Shown here: one piece after another, positions 9,783-20,259 of the stretch
Position numbering within the stretch: the stretch's first letter is position 1
How the letters are laid out: the number at the start of each line of letters is the position of its first letter
Source: Dehalococcoidia bacterium
Lineage (GTDB): Bacteria > Chloroflexota > Dehalococcoidia > Lucifugimonadales > SHYT01
Direction: 5' to 3'
NCBI GenBank assembly: GCA_009692665.1
Contig: SHYT01000002.1
Coordinates: forward strand, 56,606 to 120,605
DNA: 64,000 bases
Notes under the pieces: model-generated
The model's input: only the letters and a program-made list of their open reading frames with translations
Databases searched by the model: none
What the model was told of the DNA's origin: nothing
Position numbers and translations under genes: made by a program

Positions 9783-10478
9783 CTACTCCGGCGGCTGTAC
9801 CCCGCCGGCATGCGCCTGAGGGTTGGATGCAGGAGGTGTCTCGCCAGGTTTTCCGTAGACGCCTCGGTACCGTGGCGACAGAAGCTCTGCAACGCGCTCC
9901 ATCATGAACGTTGTCAGGCCGTCCAGTTGCTCTCGCCGGACGCGAGCTGTGTCTGGCAGTGTAAAGGGTTTGCCGACGCGGACGAGAATATCGCCCGTTG
10001 GGAAAAACACCCTGGGCAGTGGCTTGATGTGTTGGGTACCGGTGATGCCGATCGGCAGGATCGCGGCGCGGGTGCGCAACGCCAGCAGTGCGGTACCGGG
10101 CAGCGCTTTAATCATGGCAGCTTCCGGCGCGCGCCTGGCTTCAGGGAACATGCAGATGGCGCCTCCGGCGGCCAGCGTCCTACGGCACCAGTTGAACCCG
10201 TCCAGGTCCTGACCGTCCCGATCTACCGGGTATGCGCCGTATGCGCGCAGAAATTGGGCGATGCCAGGCTTGAAGATACCGCGCTTAGAAAGGAAGTAGA
10301 GCCGCCGGGGCAGGCTGCACGATAGCAATGGTGGATCCAGGTTGCTAAGGTGGTTGGCGACGATAAGGAGAGGACCTTCCTTGGGAACGTTCTCCAAGCC
10401 TTCGATACGCCACTTCGCAAAATGGCGCAGCATGAAGCTGACGTACCCATTGGAGAACCAGTACACCTTATCAGGCAT
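9783..10478 (-). CDS. plsC: 1-acyl-sn-glycerol-3-phosphate acyltransferase
   Basis: Has the HxxxxD motif (IVANHLSNLDPPLL), FPEARR and PVGITG blocks. The ATG at 10478 (MPDKVYWF) is preferred over the TTG at 10517 and leaves an 8-nt overlap with the cmk stop. Confidence 0.85.
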   Translation of the reverse strand: MPDKVYWFSNGYVSFMLRHFAKWRIEGLENVPKEGPLLIVANHLSNLDPPLLSCSLPRRLYFLSKRGIFKPGIAQFLRAYGAYPVDRDGQDLDGFNWCRRTLAAGGAICMFPEARRAPEAAMIKALPGTALLALRTRAAILPIGITGTQHIKPLPRVFFPTGDILVRVGKPFTLPDTARVRREQLDGLTTFMMERVAELLSPRYRGVYGKPGETPPASNPQAHAGGVQPPE

Positions 10479-11148
10479 GACCAGTCTTTCTGCGGAACTC
10501 CATGCGAATGCGGTCAACTACCTGCGCAACGCTGATGCCGTCTGTATTAATGAGAACGGCGTCGGGCGCAGGCTTTAATGGAGAGATGATCCGCTCGGTA
10601 TCCAGCTTGTCTCGCTGTTTGGTTTCTTCCAGGACTGCCTCATACCGGATCTGCGAGCCGCCTTGCTTCATCTCTTCATGCCGCCTATGAGCGCGCTCTT
10701 CCGGAGACGCGGTGAGAAACACCTTCAGGTCAGCATTGGGAAGCACTACGGTCCCGATGTCCCGGCCGACCGCGATGATGTTGTAGCGCTGAGCAATCTG
10801 GCGCTGCTGCTCCACGAGGGCCTGTCGCACCGCCGCGTGTTGGGAAACCAGGGAGACTAAGCGGTCCACCTCTGGCTTCCTGAGAAAACCGGTCACGTCT
10901 TTCTCTCCTACCAGGAAACGCATTTGGGTGTGGGTGCCGCCAGGGGCCTCTTGCGCGGTGGTCTGGTGAGCAAGGGCACCAAGCGCATCGCCGTTGTCTG
11001 TGGATAGGCCGTGCTGGAGCGCTGCCCACGTGACCGCGCGGTACATCATGCCGGTGTCCAGAAAGCGAAAGCCCAAGCGTTCAGCAAGTTTCCGAGCAAC
11101 AACTGTCTTGCCGGAAGCGGCTGGTCCATCGATGGCAATACTGACCGT
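10471..11148 (-). CDS. cmk: cytidylate kinase (start codon non-canonical, see findings)
   Basis: IAIDGPAASGKTVVARKLAERLGFRFLDTGMMYRAVT... is the Cmk N-terminus. The P-loop lies upstream of the first ATG/GTG/TTG (TTG at 11076). The frame is closed by TGA at 11163-11161. GAGGAG at 11162-11157 sits 8 nt before ACG at 11148. Confidence 0.85.
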   Translation of the reverse strand, partial: TVSIAIDGPAASGKTVVARKLAERLGFRFLDTGMMYRAVTWAALQHGLSTDNGDALGALAHQTTAQEAPGGTHTQMRFLVGEKDVTGFLRKPEVDRLVSLVSQHAAVRQALVEQQRQIAQRYNIIAVGRDIGTVVLPNADLKVFLTASPEERAHRRHEEMKQGGSQIRYEAVLEETKQRDKLDTERIISPLKPAPDAVLINTDGISVAQVVDRIRMEFRRKTGHA

Positions 11149-11440
11149 GGCTGTTTCTCCTCAACGGGTATGAGTGCATTATACGGTGCCGCCCCTGCCT
11201 AACTCTGGAAGGTCCAAGAGGATGTTTGTCCCAATTCTTTGAGCGAGTTTTTGTTTTTTAAAGGCCGGATGAGAAGAACGCTATGCATTCTTATGGAGAG
11301 TTATTAATCCCTCTGCGCGAATGCTTGGCCATCTGAGAAAAACACCTTTGCCTTCACAAGATTCCTCGCAATGGCGTATTCACGGCATTCGTTTGAAAGT
11401 TTGACGGTGTAAGGTCACGTCGATAGAATGACTTTGCTAT

Positions 11441-11515
11441 GCGGGCGTAACTCAGTGGTAGAGTGTTTGCTTCCCAAGCAAAAAGTCGTGGGTTCGAATC
11501 CCATCGCCCGCTCCA
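11441..11515 (+). tRNA. tRNA-Gly (anticodon CCC), CCA encoded
   Basis: GCGGGCG TA ACTC AGTGGTA GAGT G TTTGC TTCCCAA GCAAA AAGTC GTGGG TTCGAAT CCCAT CGCCCGC T CCA forms a full cloverleaf. Confidence 0.92.
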
Positions 11516-11724
11516 CTCTTCTCCTCTTTCGGCTTCGGCCTCTCCACTGCTTCGCGCACCTCATACCGTGGTTCTCATAAATACCGTACCCATGGGATTC
11601 CCAGCTATCAGCATTTTCGGCGAGGGCAAGGCCCTTCCTTAATTAAAAGTGCTTGACGAATGCTGAAGGGTCATGGGATGAGTAGGGAGTTTCGATGAGT
11701 CTTCAAAAATGGCATCCAAAAGTA

Positions 11725-11753
11725 TTGACAAAGCTATAACCTGCTGTTACGGT
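11725..11753 (+). promoter_or_regulatory. putative sigma-A promoter TTGACA-17-TACGGT
   Basis: A perfect -35 and a TAnnGT-type -10 about 95 nt upstream of the 18-codon ORF. The same architecture recurs at six other gene starts in the window. Confidence 0.4.
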
Positions 11754-11846
11754 TTTCATGAACTTGGCTTCACGGTATTTGCAACGCACTCGGAGCCAAG
11801 AAGCGGGACTAACACTCATCCTAAATATGAAGGGAGGTGAACACCA

Positions 11847-11903
11847 ATGCCCGCAGCGAAGAAGGCAGCGCCAGCCAAGAAGGCGGCCACGAAGAAGAAG
11901 TAA
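11847..11903 (+). CDS. 18-aa Lys/Ala-rich micro-protein MPAAKKAAPAKKAATKKK
   Basis: AAGGGAGGTGA lies 6 nt before the ATG. The TAA stop is followed 18 nt later by a strong GC hairpin. Confidence 0.5.
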   Translation: MPAAKKAAPAKKAATKKK

Positions 11904-11921
11904 TTCTGCTTCTGGATCGGA

Positions 11922-11959
11922 AGAAGGCCCTCCTCATCACTGAGGAGGGTCTTCTGTTT
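11922..11959 (+). terminator. hairpin terminator after the micro-ORF
   Basis: AGAAGGCCCTCCTCA tcac TGAGGAGGGTCTTCT followed by GTTT. The stem is long and the U-tract short. Confidence 0.5.
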
Positions 11960-12445
11960 AAGCCGACACCACGGGCTTTTCTGCCCTCCGCCCAGAGGTT
12001 GTTTCGAAATGGTTTATGGGGTCCTTACCAGCGAGACTGCGTTACGTCTGCGGTTTGATGCACCCTCACTGAGCTTAAGTGCTGTTCCACAGAGACACCT
12101 CATCTGCCACACCCGGCCTTTGCACAACATCGCACTTCGGACTGTTTTGCATAAAACCAGCAAATCTCTTTTGCAGCACGAAAGGGTTACGGATTCTTCA
12201 CCCTCTCGGAGCCTAGTAGGGTTACGTCGAGCTAAACTTCGCGGAGCATGATGATGAGAATGTGTTCCCGCTGACAGCGATTTTCTATGCAAGGCCACCT
12301 ACTCTTATTCAGACCGACGTCGTGTGCCACCAGCAAGAATTTTGAAACGAAGCCTGGAGGCATGTTTGCGACAAACTATAGAGTAGGAGAGCGTGCCAAC
12401 TCTTCTTCTTCTCCTTCCATTCCTTCTTTGGAAGCCTCTGTGTGG

Positions 12446-12474
12446 TTGCGAAAATTTTCTGTTGCTGGTATTCT
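12446..12474 (+). promoter_or_regulatory. putative pyr operon promoter TTGCGA-17-TATTCT
   Basis: It would start the transcript about 10 nt upstream of the PyrR binding loop. Confidence 0.35.
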
Positions 12475-12486
12475 TCCAGTGCGGCG

Positions 12487-13167
<681 letters not shown>

Positions 13168-13168
<1 letters not shown>

Positions 13169-14220
13169 TGCAAGGCAGAAGCAAAGAAGTGGAGAGCAGG
13201 GCTACTCCAGCGGAGTCGATAACTCCTCCGACAGAGGGTTCGAACGGGGCATCCGTACGGAAGGTCTGGCAGCACCGACACCTGCTTGACCTGGACACGC
13301 TGTCCATGGACGAACTTGAGTTGCTGCTGAAGACGGCTGAAACGATGCAGGGGGTCCTCCAGCGGGACGTGAAGAAGGTGCCCACACTGCGAGGGCGGGT
13401 CATCATCACGCTCTTCTATGAAGCGAGCACACGGACGCGCATGGGGTTTGAGATGGCGGGCAAGTTATTGAGCGCGGATGTCATCAACATAACGGTGGGT
13501 TCAAGCAGTGTGGTGAAGGGCGAAACCCTACTGGACACCATCCTCACGCTCCAGGCATCGACGGCGGACGTGATTGTGATACGGCACGGGGACTCGGGCG
13601 CGCCGTACATGGCGGCGCGTGTGCTGACGCACACGTCGGTGGTGAACGCCGGCGATGGGGCGCACGCACATCCGACGCAAGGACTGTTGGACCTGTTTAC
13701 GGTACAGAAGCAACTGGGCTCCCTTACGGGAAGGAAAATTGTCCTGGTAGGAGACATTGCATATAGCAGGGTTGCCCGCTCTGACCTCTGGGGGTTCACG
13801 CGCATGGGCGCCCAGGTAGTGCTCTGCGCACCACCGACGCTGTTGCCATGGGACTTGCTGAACGGAAGGACGGAGTGCCAAGGGCATCCGTTCAGCTCAG
13901 TGGAGATTGAGCCAGACTTGCGCAAGGCAGCCCGCGACGCGGACGTGGTCATGGCGCTGCGGCTCCAGCAGGAGCGACAACAAGCGGAGCGCATTCCCAG
14001 CCTCCGTGAGTACGCGCGCTACTGGCAAGTGAACGAGGAAGTCCTTTCGCTGGCCAAGCCGAACGCGCTAGTCATGCACCCAGGGCCAATGAACGAAGGC
14101 GTGGAGATTAGCTCGTCAGTGGCACATGGGGCGCAGTCAGTGGTAGAGCAGCAAGTATCCAACGGGCTTGCCGTGCGGATGGCGGTCCTGTATCTCCTGG
14201 GCGCGCCGCGTGAGCAGTAG
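13168..14220 (+). CDS. pyrB: aspartate carbamoyltransferase catalytic subunit
   Basis: FYEASTRTRMGFE, HPTQGLLD and HPGPMN motifs. The N-terminal roughly 35 aa extension is unusual, so the start could be further downstream. Confidence 0.9.
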
Positions 14221-14234
14221 GGTGTGAGAAGAAG

Positions 14235-15620
14235 ATGACAACACCAAGCAGTCTCCTTATCAGAAATGGACGGGTCATTGATCCTTCGCAGGGGTTAGAC
14301 CAGCGGGCGGACGTGTTGCTGGAGGATGGCAAGGTCGCGTGGGTGGCAGTTTCTTCTGAGAAGCGGCTTGCCACGGATGCACAGGTCATTGATGCTGGAG
14401 GCTTTGTGGTATGCCCTGGCTTCGTGGACTTGCACTGCCATTTGCGCGAGCCTGGGTTTGAAGATAAAGAAACCATCGCCAGTGGGACGCTCGCGGCTGC
14501 CCGTGGCGGGTTTACTACCGTGTGCGCCATGCCAAACACGAACCCGGCGGTGGACTCGGCGGCGATTGTCCGATGGGTTGCGCAGAAAGCACAGGTCGAA
14601 GGGTACGTGCGGGTACTACCTATTGGCTGCGTCACGAAAGGGCGTAACGGCAAAGAGCTGACGGAGATGGGAGAGCTTGCCGAAGCGGGGGTCATTGGGT
14701 TCAGCGATGACGGGAGCCCTGTGGCGGATGTGAACCTGATGCGGACGGCCCTGCTCTACAGCTCATTCACGGGCCTTCCGATTATCCAGCATTGCGAAGA
14801 ACCATCACTGGCTCGAGGCGGGATGATGCACGAGGGGTGGGTTGCCAGCAGGCTAGGACTGAAAGGGCAACCTTCGCAGGCGGAAGAGGTGATGGCCTCC
14901 CGCGACGTGGGGCTGGTGCAACTCACGCATGGAAGGCTGCATCTGGCGCATGTGAGCACGGCAGGCACTACGGCGATAGTCCGATGGGCCAAGGGCAGTG
15001 GCCTAGCAGTCACTGCTGAGGTGACGCCGCACCACCTGGCGCTAACCGACGAGTGGGTGCTGGGCATGCAGGACAAGAACGCGGTGTACGCGCCACTTTC
15101 TTTAATGGCCTACGACACCAACGCTAAGGTGAACCCGCCACTCCGGACAGCACGGGACATTGAGGCGCTGGTGGCCGCGTTGAAGGACGGCACCCTCGAC
15201 GCCATCGCAACAGACCATGCGCCGCACGCAGCAACGGACAAGGAATGCACGTTCAATGAGGCTGCGTTCGGCATCAGTGGGTTGGAGACGGCATTTGGGC
15301 TGGTGATGCGGCTGGTACATGCCGGACAACTGCCCCTGGGACTGGTCATCGAAAAGATGACGGCTGGTCCGGCCAAGGTGCTTGGGGAGAAGGGACGCGG
15401 GCTGGGATCGCTGAAGGCTGGGGCGATGGCGGACGTGGCTATTCTGGACCCAAACGCTGAATGGGTGGTTGACCGAAAGGCACTGGCTTCCAAAGGAAAG
15501 AACACGCCGCTGGACGGCGTGCGGCTGAAGGGCAGTGTGGTGGCAACGGTTGTAGGCGGACGTGTAGCCTACATGGCGCGCACGCTGAAGCTCACGCCCG
15601 CAGGGCGCGGCGCTCGATAA
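14235..15620 (+). CDS. pyrC: dihydroorotase
   Basis: PGFVDLHCHLREPG (HxH metal site), ATDHAPH, 461 aa, amidohydrolase pattern, within the pyr operon. Confidence 0.9.
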   Translation: MTTPSSLLIRNGRVIDPSQGLDQRADVLLEDGKVAWVAVSSEKRLATDAQVIDAGGFVVCPGFVDLHCHLREPGFEDKETIASGTLAAARGGFTTVCAMPNTNPAVDSAAIVRWVAQKAQVEGYVRVLPIGCVTKGRNGKELTEMGELAEAGVIGFSDDGSPVADVNLMRTALLYSSFTGLPIIQHCEEPSLARGGMMHEGWVASRLGLKGQPSQAEEVMASRDVGLVQLTHGRLHLAHVSTAGTTAIVRWAKGSGLAVTAEVTPHHLALTDEWVLGMQDKNAVYAPLSLMAYDTNAKVNPPLRTARDIEALVAALKDGTLDAIATDHAPHAATDKECTFNEAAFGISGLETAFGLVMRLVHAGQLPLGLVIEKMTAGPAKVLGEKGRGLGSLKAGAMADVAILDPNAEWVVDRKALASKGKNTPLDGVRLKGSVVATVVGGRVAYMARTLKLTPAGRGAR

Positions 15621-15639
15621 GGCTGAGAGGGACTGAGAC

Positions 15640-16734
15640 ATGGCGGCTGCATACCTGGTGCTGAACGATGGAACAGTCTACGAAGGGCAGGCGTTTGGGG
15701 CTTCTACGCCGGCGACTGGCGAGGTGGTGTTCAACACCTCCATGACCGGCTATCAGGAGATCCTGACCGACCCGTCCTACGCGGGTCAAATCGTTATGCC
15801 CACATATCCGCTCATTGGCAACTATGGGATTAACAGCGAGGACTTCGAGTCGTCACGCATCCAGGTGTCCGGGTTTGTTGTGCGGCAGTGGTGTGACCTG
15901 CCAAGCCACACGCTCAGCGAGCGCACGATCCATGACTTCCTGGCTTCGCAGGGGATACCGGGCATCAGCGGCGTGGACACCCGCGCGATTACCAGAAAGA
16001 TACGCACGCACGGAGTCATGATGGGGATGTTGGCCGTGGGTATGTCTCCCAAGGAGGCGCTGGCCAAGCTGAATAGTGCTACGCCCTACGACGATACGGA
16101 TTTTGTGAAGCAGGTGAGCACCAAGCAGCCGTACGAATGGCAAAAGCCCACTATAGCTGGCCCGCACTACCGCGTGGTAGTTGACGACTGCGGCCTTAAG
16201 AGGAACATTGCTCGGCTGCTGACGGCGCGAGGCTGTGAGGTGACCGTCCTGCCTGCTGTCTCTAGCAGTGATGACATTCTGGGGCTGAAGCCAGACGGTG
16301 TTGTGATGTCGCCAGGACCCGGTGACCCGGCCAAGCTAGACTATGCGGTCAACACCGCTCAGGGGCTTATTGGGCGGATCCCTATCTTGGGTATCTGTCT
16401 GGGCCAACAGGTGCTGGCACGTGCAATGGGCGGCAAGACGTACAAGCTGAAGTTTGGGCACCGGGGAGGCAACCACCCAGTGATGGATATACGCACGGGT
16501 AAGGTGCATATCACGGCGCAGAACCATGGGTACTCAGTAGACGCAGACTCGCTGCCACGCGAGCTTGAGGTCAGTCATATCAACCTGAACGACGGCACAG
16601 TGGAAGGCCTGCGACACCGCTCCCTGCCGCTGCTGAGCATCCAGTACCACTCGGAGGCAGCGCCAGGACCACGGGATAACGAATACATCTTCGACGAGTT
16701 TGTGAAGATGATGCGCCATGTACAAAAGAAGTAG
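15640..16734 (+). CDS. carA: carbamoyl-phosphate synthase small (glutaminase) subunit
   Basis: FNTSMTGYQEILTDPSY, GICLGQQ (catalytic Cys) and a HGYSV...QYHSEA(A)PGP C-terminus. Confidence 0.95.
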   Translation: MAAAYLVLNDGTVYEGQAFGASTPATGEVVFNTSMTGYQEILTDPSYAGQIVMPTYPLIGNYGINSEDFESSRIQVSGFVVRQWCDLPSHTLSERTIHDFLASQGIPGISGVDTRAITRKIRTHGVMMGMLAVGMSPKEALAKLNSATPYDDTDFVKQVSTKQPYEWQKPTIAGPHYRVVVDDCGLKRNIARLLTARGCEVTVLPAVSSSDDILGLKPDGVVMSPGPGDPAKLDYAVNTAQGLIGRIPILGICLGQQVLARAMGGKTYKLKFGHRGGNHPVMDIRTGKVHITAQNHGYSVDADSLPRELEVSHINLNDGTVEGLRHRSLPLLSIQYHSEAAPGPRDNEYIFDEFVKMMRHVQKK

Positions 16735-16746
16735 GGGGAAGGTTTC

Positions 16747-19700
16747 ATGCCAAATAAGCCGTCCAAAGTGCTTGTCATAGGCTCAGGCCCGATCGTCATT
16801 GGGCAGGGGGCAGAGTTTGACTACGCTGGCACGCAGGCGTGCAAGTCGCTGCGGGAGGAAGGGGTCATTACCGTACTCGTGAATTCCAACCCGGCGACTA
16901 TCATGACCGACCAGGGCATTGCCGACATTGTGTACATTGAGCCGCTTAATACGGACGTGATCGAGCGGATCATTGCGCGGGAAAAGCCAGACGGCATCCT
17001 CCCAACGCTGGGCGGCCAGACAGGCCTCAACCTAGCCGTGCAACTTGCCGAGCGCGGCATCCTGGAAAAGTACAACGTGAGGCTTCTCGGCACGAGCCTT
17101 GAAGCCATCAAAAAGGCGGAGGACCGCGAGTTATTCCGTCAGATGCTGCATGACATCGGCGAGCCGGAGCCGCCCAACCAGACGGTCACGAGCCTGGATG
17201 AGGCGAAGCGCGCGGCGGTAGAGCTTGGGCTACCGCTCGTGGTGCGGCCTGCGTTCACGCTCGGCGGTACCGGGGGAGGGATGGTGCGCCGCCTGCAAGA
17301 CCTGGAGCCGATGGTCAAAGCCGGACTAGCGGCCAGCCCTATCCACCAAATCCTTCTTGAGAAATGCCTGGAGGGCTGGAAAGAGGTCGAGTACGAGGTC
17401 ATCCGCGACAGCGCAGACAACTGCATCATTGTTTGCAACATGGAGAACCTAGATCCTATGGGTGTACATACTGGCGACAGCATTGTGGTGGCGCCCTCCC
17501 AGACGCTGCGGGACAAGGAGTACCAGCTTCTGCGTTCTGCCAGCATCAAGATTATCCGCGCGCTCGGCATTGAGGGCGGATGCAATGTGCAACTGGCACT
17601 GGCACCTAGCGCGGCAGTGGCAGAGAGGCTGCCGGAAGGCGTACGGCCCAAGAGCCCGCTGGAGTACTACGTCATTGAAGTGAACCCCCGCGTCAGCCGA
17701 TCGTCTGCGCTGGCGTCAAAAGCCACCGGGTACCCAATTGCGCGTGTGGCCGCCAAGATCGCGGTGGGCCTCACGCTCGACCAGATCCCAAACGCGGTGA
17801 CGAAGAAGACGCTCGCGGCCTTCGAGCCAGCGCTGGACTATTGCGTGGTGAAGATTCCACGTTGGCCCTTCGACAAGTTCCCTAACGGCGACCCGACCAT
17901 TGGCACGCAGATGAAGGCCACTGGCGAGGTCATGGCAATTGACCGGTCGTTTGAGGCTGCGCTTCAGAAGGCCGTGCGTTCACTGGAGATTGGCAGGCGG
18001 CCGTTGACGTGGGAACACCAGGACTGGCTGGGTGTGAAGGACTGGAAGCAGCTCCCTCTCTTCCCGCCGTCGGGCAACCGGCTGTGGGCACTGGCTGCCG
18101 CCCTACGCCGCGGCGCGACGCCTGAGGATGTGACAAACGCCACATGGATTGACCTTTGGTTCACTCGCGCCCTCAGCCGCATTGTGGAAACGGAGCAGAA
18201 ACTGAAGCACACCCCGCACATGACCAAAGATCTCATGCTGGAAGCCAAGCGCATGGGCTACTCAGATGAGGTCATCGCCTCGCTTGGCCACGGCGAAGGG
18301 CAAGCTGAGCGCGTGCGTCGGCAGCGGCTTGGCTGGGAGATCAAGCCCGTCTACAAGATGGTGGATACATGCGCGGGGGAGTTTGAGGCGGTTACGCCAT
18401 ACTTCTATAGCACCTATGAGCAGGAGAACGAGGCCTTGCCCCTAGAGGGTGCGCGTGCGTTGGTCATCGGCAGTGGGCCCATTCGCATAGGGCAGGGAAT
18501 TGAATTTGACTACTGCTCAGTACACGCCGCTTGGGCGCTCCAGGAAGAAGGCGTGAAGAGCATCATGGTCAATTCCAATCCTGAAACCGTGTCCACCGAC
18601 TTTGACACTAGCAGCCGCCTCTACTTTGAGCCGCTGGACGAAGAGAGCGTACGCGATTTGCTAGAGAACGAAGCTCGCACACCGGAGGGCTCGCCACGCA
18701 GCGGGCCTGGGCTGGACGTGCCGCCCTCCGTGGTGCAATTCGGCGGGCAAACGGCCATCAACCTTTCGCAGACACTGCACGCGGTAGGCATGCCACTGCT
18801 TGGCTCCGCGGCCCGCGCCATCGACGCGGCGTCTGACCGGAAGCAATTTGAGGAGTTCCTGACCTCGCTGAACATCCCCAAGCCACCAGGCACAACGGCG
18901 ATGAACAAAGAGGAAGCGGTCCACGCCGCAAGGCAGCTCGGGTACCCCATCCTCGTGCGGCCCAGTTACGTCCTGGGTGGGCGTGCAATGGAAATTGTGC
19001 AGACGGAAGCGGAGCTTGAAGGCTTTGTGCAGGCGGCTATGGATGCCAGCCCCGGTAAGCCGGTCTTGCTTGACCGCTACTTACAAGGCAAAGAATGCGA
19101 GGTAGACGCTGTATGCGATGGCGAGACGGTGCTCATTCCGGGCGTGATGGAGCATGTGGAGCGAGCAGGCGTCCATAGCGGCGACTCCATGGCCATCTAT
19201 CCCGGCCTTACGCTGACCAAAGATGAAGTCGCTACCCTGGTCGACTATACGACTAGAATGGGCCTGGCGCTCCACGTATCCGGCCTTATGAACGTCCAGT
19301 TCGTCATCATGCAAGAGACGCAGAGCGGGCCGTACCGGAGCCCGGGCCGACGGCGCGGCACGGCTCGCTCCAGCGTGTATGTGCTTGAGGTGAACCCGCG
19401 CGGGAGCCGCACCGTGCCGTTCATTTCCAAGGTGACTGGCGTGCCAATGGTGCAGCTGGCGACAAAGGTCATGCTGGGGCGCAAGCTGAAGGACCTGGGG
19501 TACCAGGGCGGCCTCTACCCGGCGAAGAACCTTGTAGGCGTCAAGGCGCCTGTTTTCTCCATGTCAAAACTTGTAGGCGTCGACACATACCTTGGCCCGG
19601 AGATGAAATCCACCGGCGAGGTGATGGGCATTGACCACCATGTTTACCCGGCGCTGGCAAAGGCGCTTATGGCCTCTGGCATGATGCCGCCCGTCAAGGG

Positions 19701-20115
19701 GTCCGTGCTCCTGAGTATTGCCGACCGAGATAAGCCGGACGCTGAGCCGTTGATCCGCGCATTGGAGCAGCTGGGCTATCAGTTCTACGCAACCGCTGGC
19801 ACCGCCAGCATGCTTCGGGGTATGAACATTGCCAACGTCACGCCAGTGATGAAGCTAGATGAGGGCATTCCGAACGTCATTGACGTCATTGAGCAGGGGC
19901 TAGTGGATATGGTAGTAAACACCATGTCAGGCGGCCGGGACCCCATGCACGACGGTTTCCAGATCCGCCGCACCGCTGTGGAGCGCCGCATTCCGTGCTT
20001 CACATCCCTAGATACTGTGCGCGCTGCGGTGGAGACGTTGGTGGACGGCGGCGGACCATACTCAGTGCGGCGCATCGACGAGTACGTGGCAGGCCCACCA
20101 AGTACTACGCCTTAG
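16747..20115 (+). CDS. carB: carbamoyl-phosphate synthase large subunit
   Basis: 1122 aa. Duplicated ATP-grasp halves (GSGPIVIGQGAEFDYAGTQA / GSGPIRIGQGIEFDYCSVHA, YVIEVNPRVSRSSALASKATG / YVLEVNPRGSRTVPFISKVTG) and a C-terminal MGS-like domain. Confidence 0.97.
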   Translation: MPNKPSKVLVIGSGPIVIGQGAEFDYAGTQACKSLREEGVITVLVNSNPATIMTDQGIADIVYIEPLNTDVIERIIAREKPDGILPTLGGQTGLNLAVQLAERGILEKYNVRLLGTSLEAIKKAEDRELFRQMLHDIGEPEPPNQTVTSLDEAKRAAVELGLPLVVRPAFTLGGTGGGMVRRLQDLEPMVKAGLAASPIHQILLEKCLEGWKEVEYEVIRDSADNCIIVCNMENLDPMGVHTGDSIVVAPSQTLRDKEYQLLRSASIKIIRALGIEGGCNVQLALAPSAAVAERLPEGVRPKSPLEYYVIEVNPRVSRSSALASKATGYPIARVAAKIAVGLTLDQIPNAVTKKTLAAFEPALDYCVVKIPRWPFDKFPNGDPTIGTQMKATGEVMAIDRSFEAALQKAVRSLEIGRRPLTWEHQDWLGVKDWKQLPLFPPSGNRLWALAAALRRGATPEDVTNATWIDLWFTRALSRIVETEQKLKHTPHMTKDLMLEAKRMGYSDEVIASLGHGEGQAERVRRQRLGWEIKPVYKMVDTCAGEFEAVTPYFYSTYEQENEALPLEGARALVIGSGPIRIGQGIEFDYCSVHAAWALQEEGVKSIMVNSNPETVSTDFDTSSRLYFEPLDEESVRDLLENEARTPEGSPRSGPGLDVPPSVVQFGGQTAINLSQTLHAVGMPLLGSAARAIDAASDRKQFEEFLTSLNIPKPPGTTAMNKEEAVHAARQLGYPILVRPSYVLGGRAMEIVQTEAELEGFVQAAMDASPGKPVLLDRYLQGKECEVDAVCDGETVLIPGVMEHVERAGVHSGDSMAIYPGLTLTKDEVATLVDYTTRMGLALHVSGLMNVQFVIMQETQSGPYRSPGRRRGTARSSVYVLEVNPRGSRTVPFISKVTGVPMVQLATKVMLGRKLKDLGYQGGLYPAKNLVGVKAPVFSMSKLVGVDTYLGPEMKSTGEVMGIDHHVYPALAKALMASGMMPPVKGSVLLSIADRDKPDAEPLIRALEQLGYQFYATAGTASMLRGMNIANVTPVMKLDEGIPNVIDVIEQGLVDMVVNTMSGGRDPMHDGFQIRRTAVERRIPCFTSLDTVRAAVETLVDGGGPYSVRRIDEYVAGPPSTTP

Positions 20116-20259
20116 CCTTCGAAGGTAGGGGGATGGGATCTCCAACCCTTGAATGCCGCGTCGGCAGACTGGAAGCGATATCTTCGCCCGCTAGATTCCG
20201 TCGCCGTGCTTGGCGTGCATGGCGAAGTTGGCCTACTGCAGTCCTACGCGGCGCGGGCT

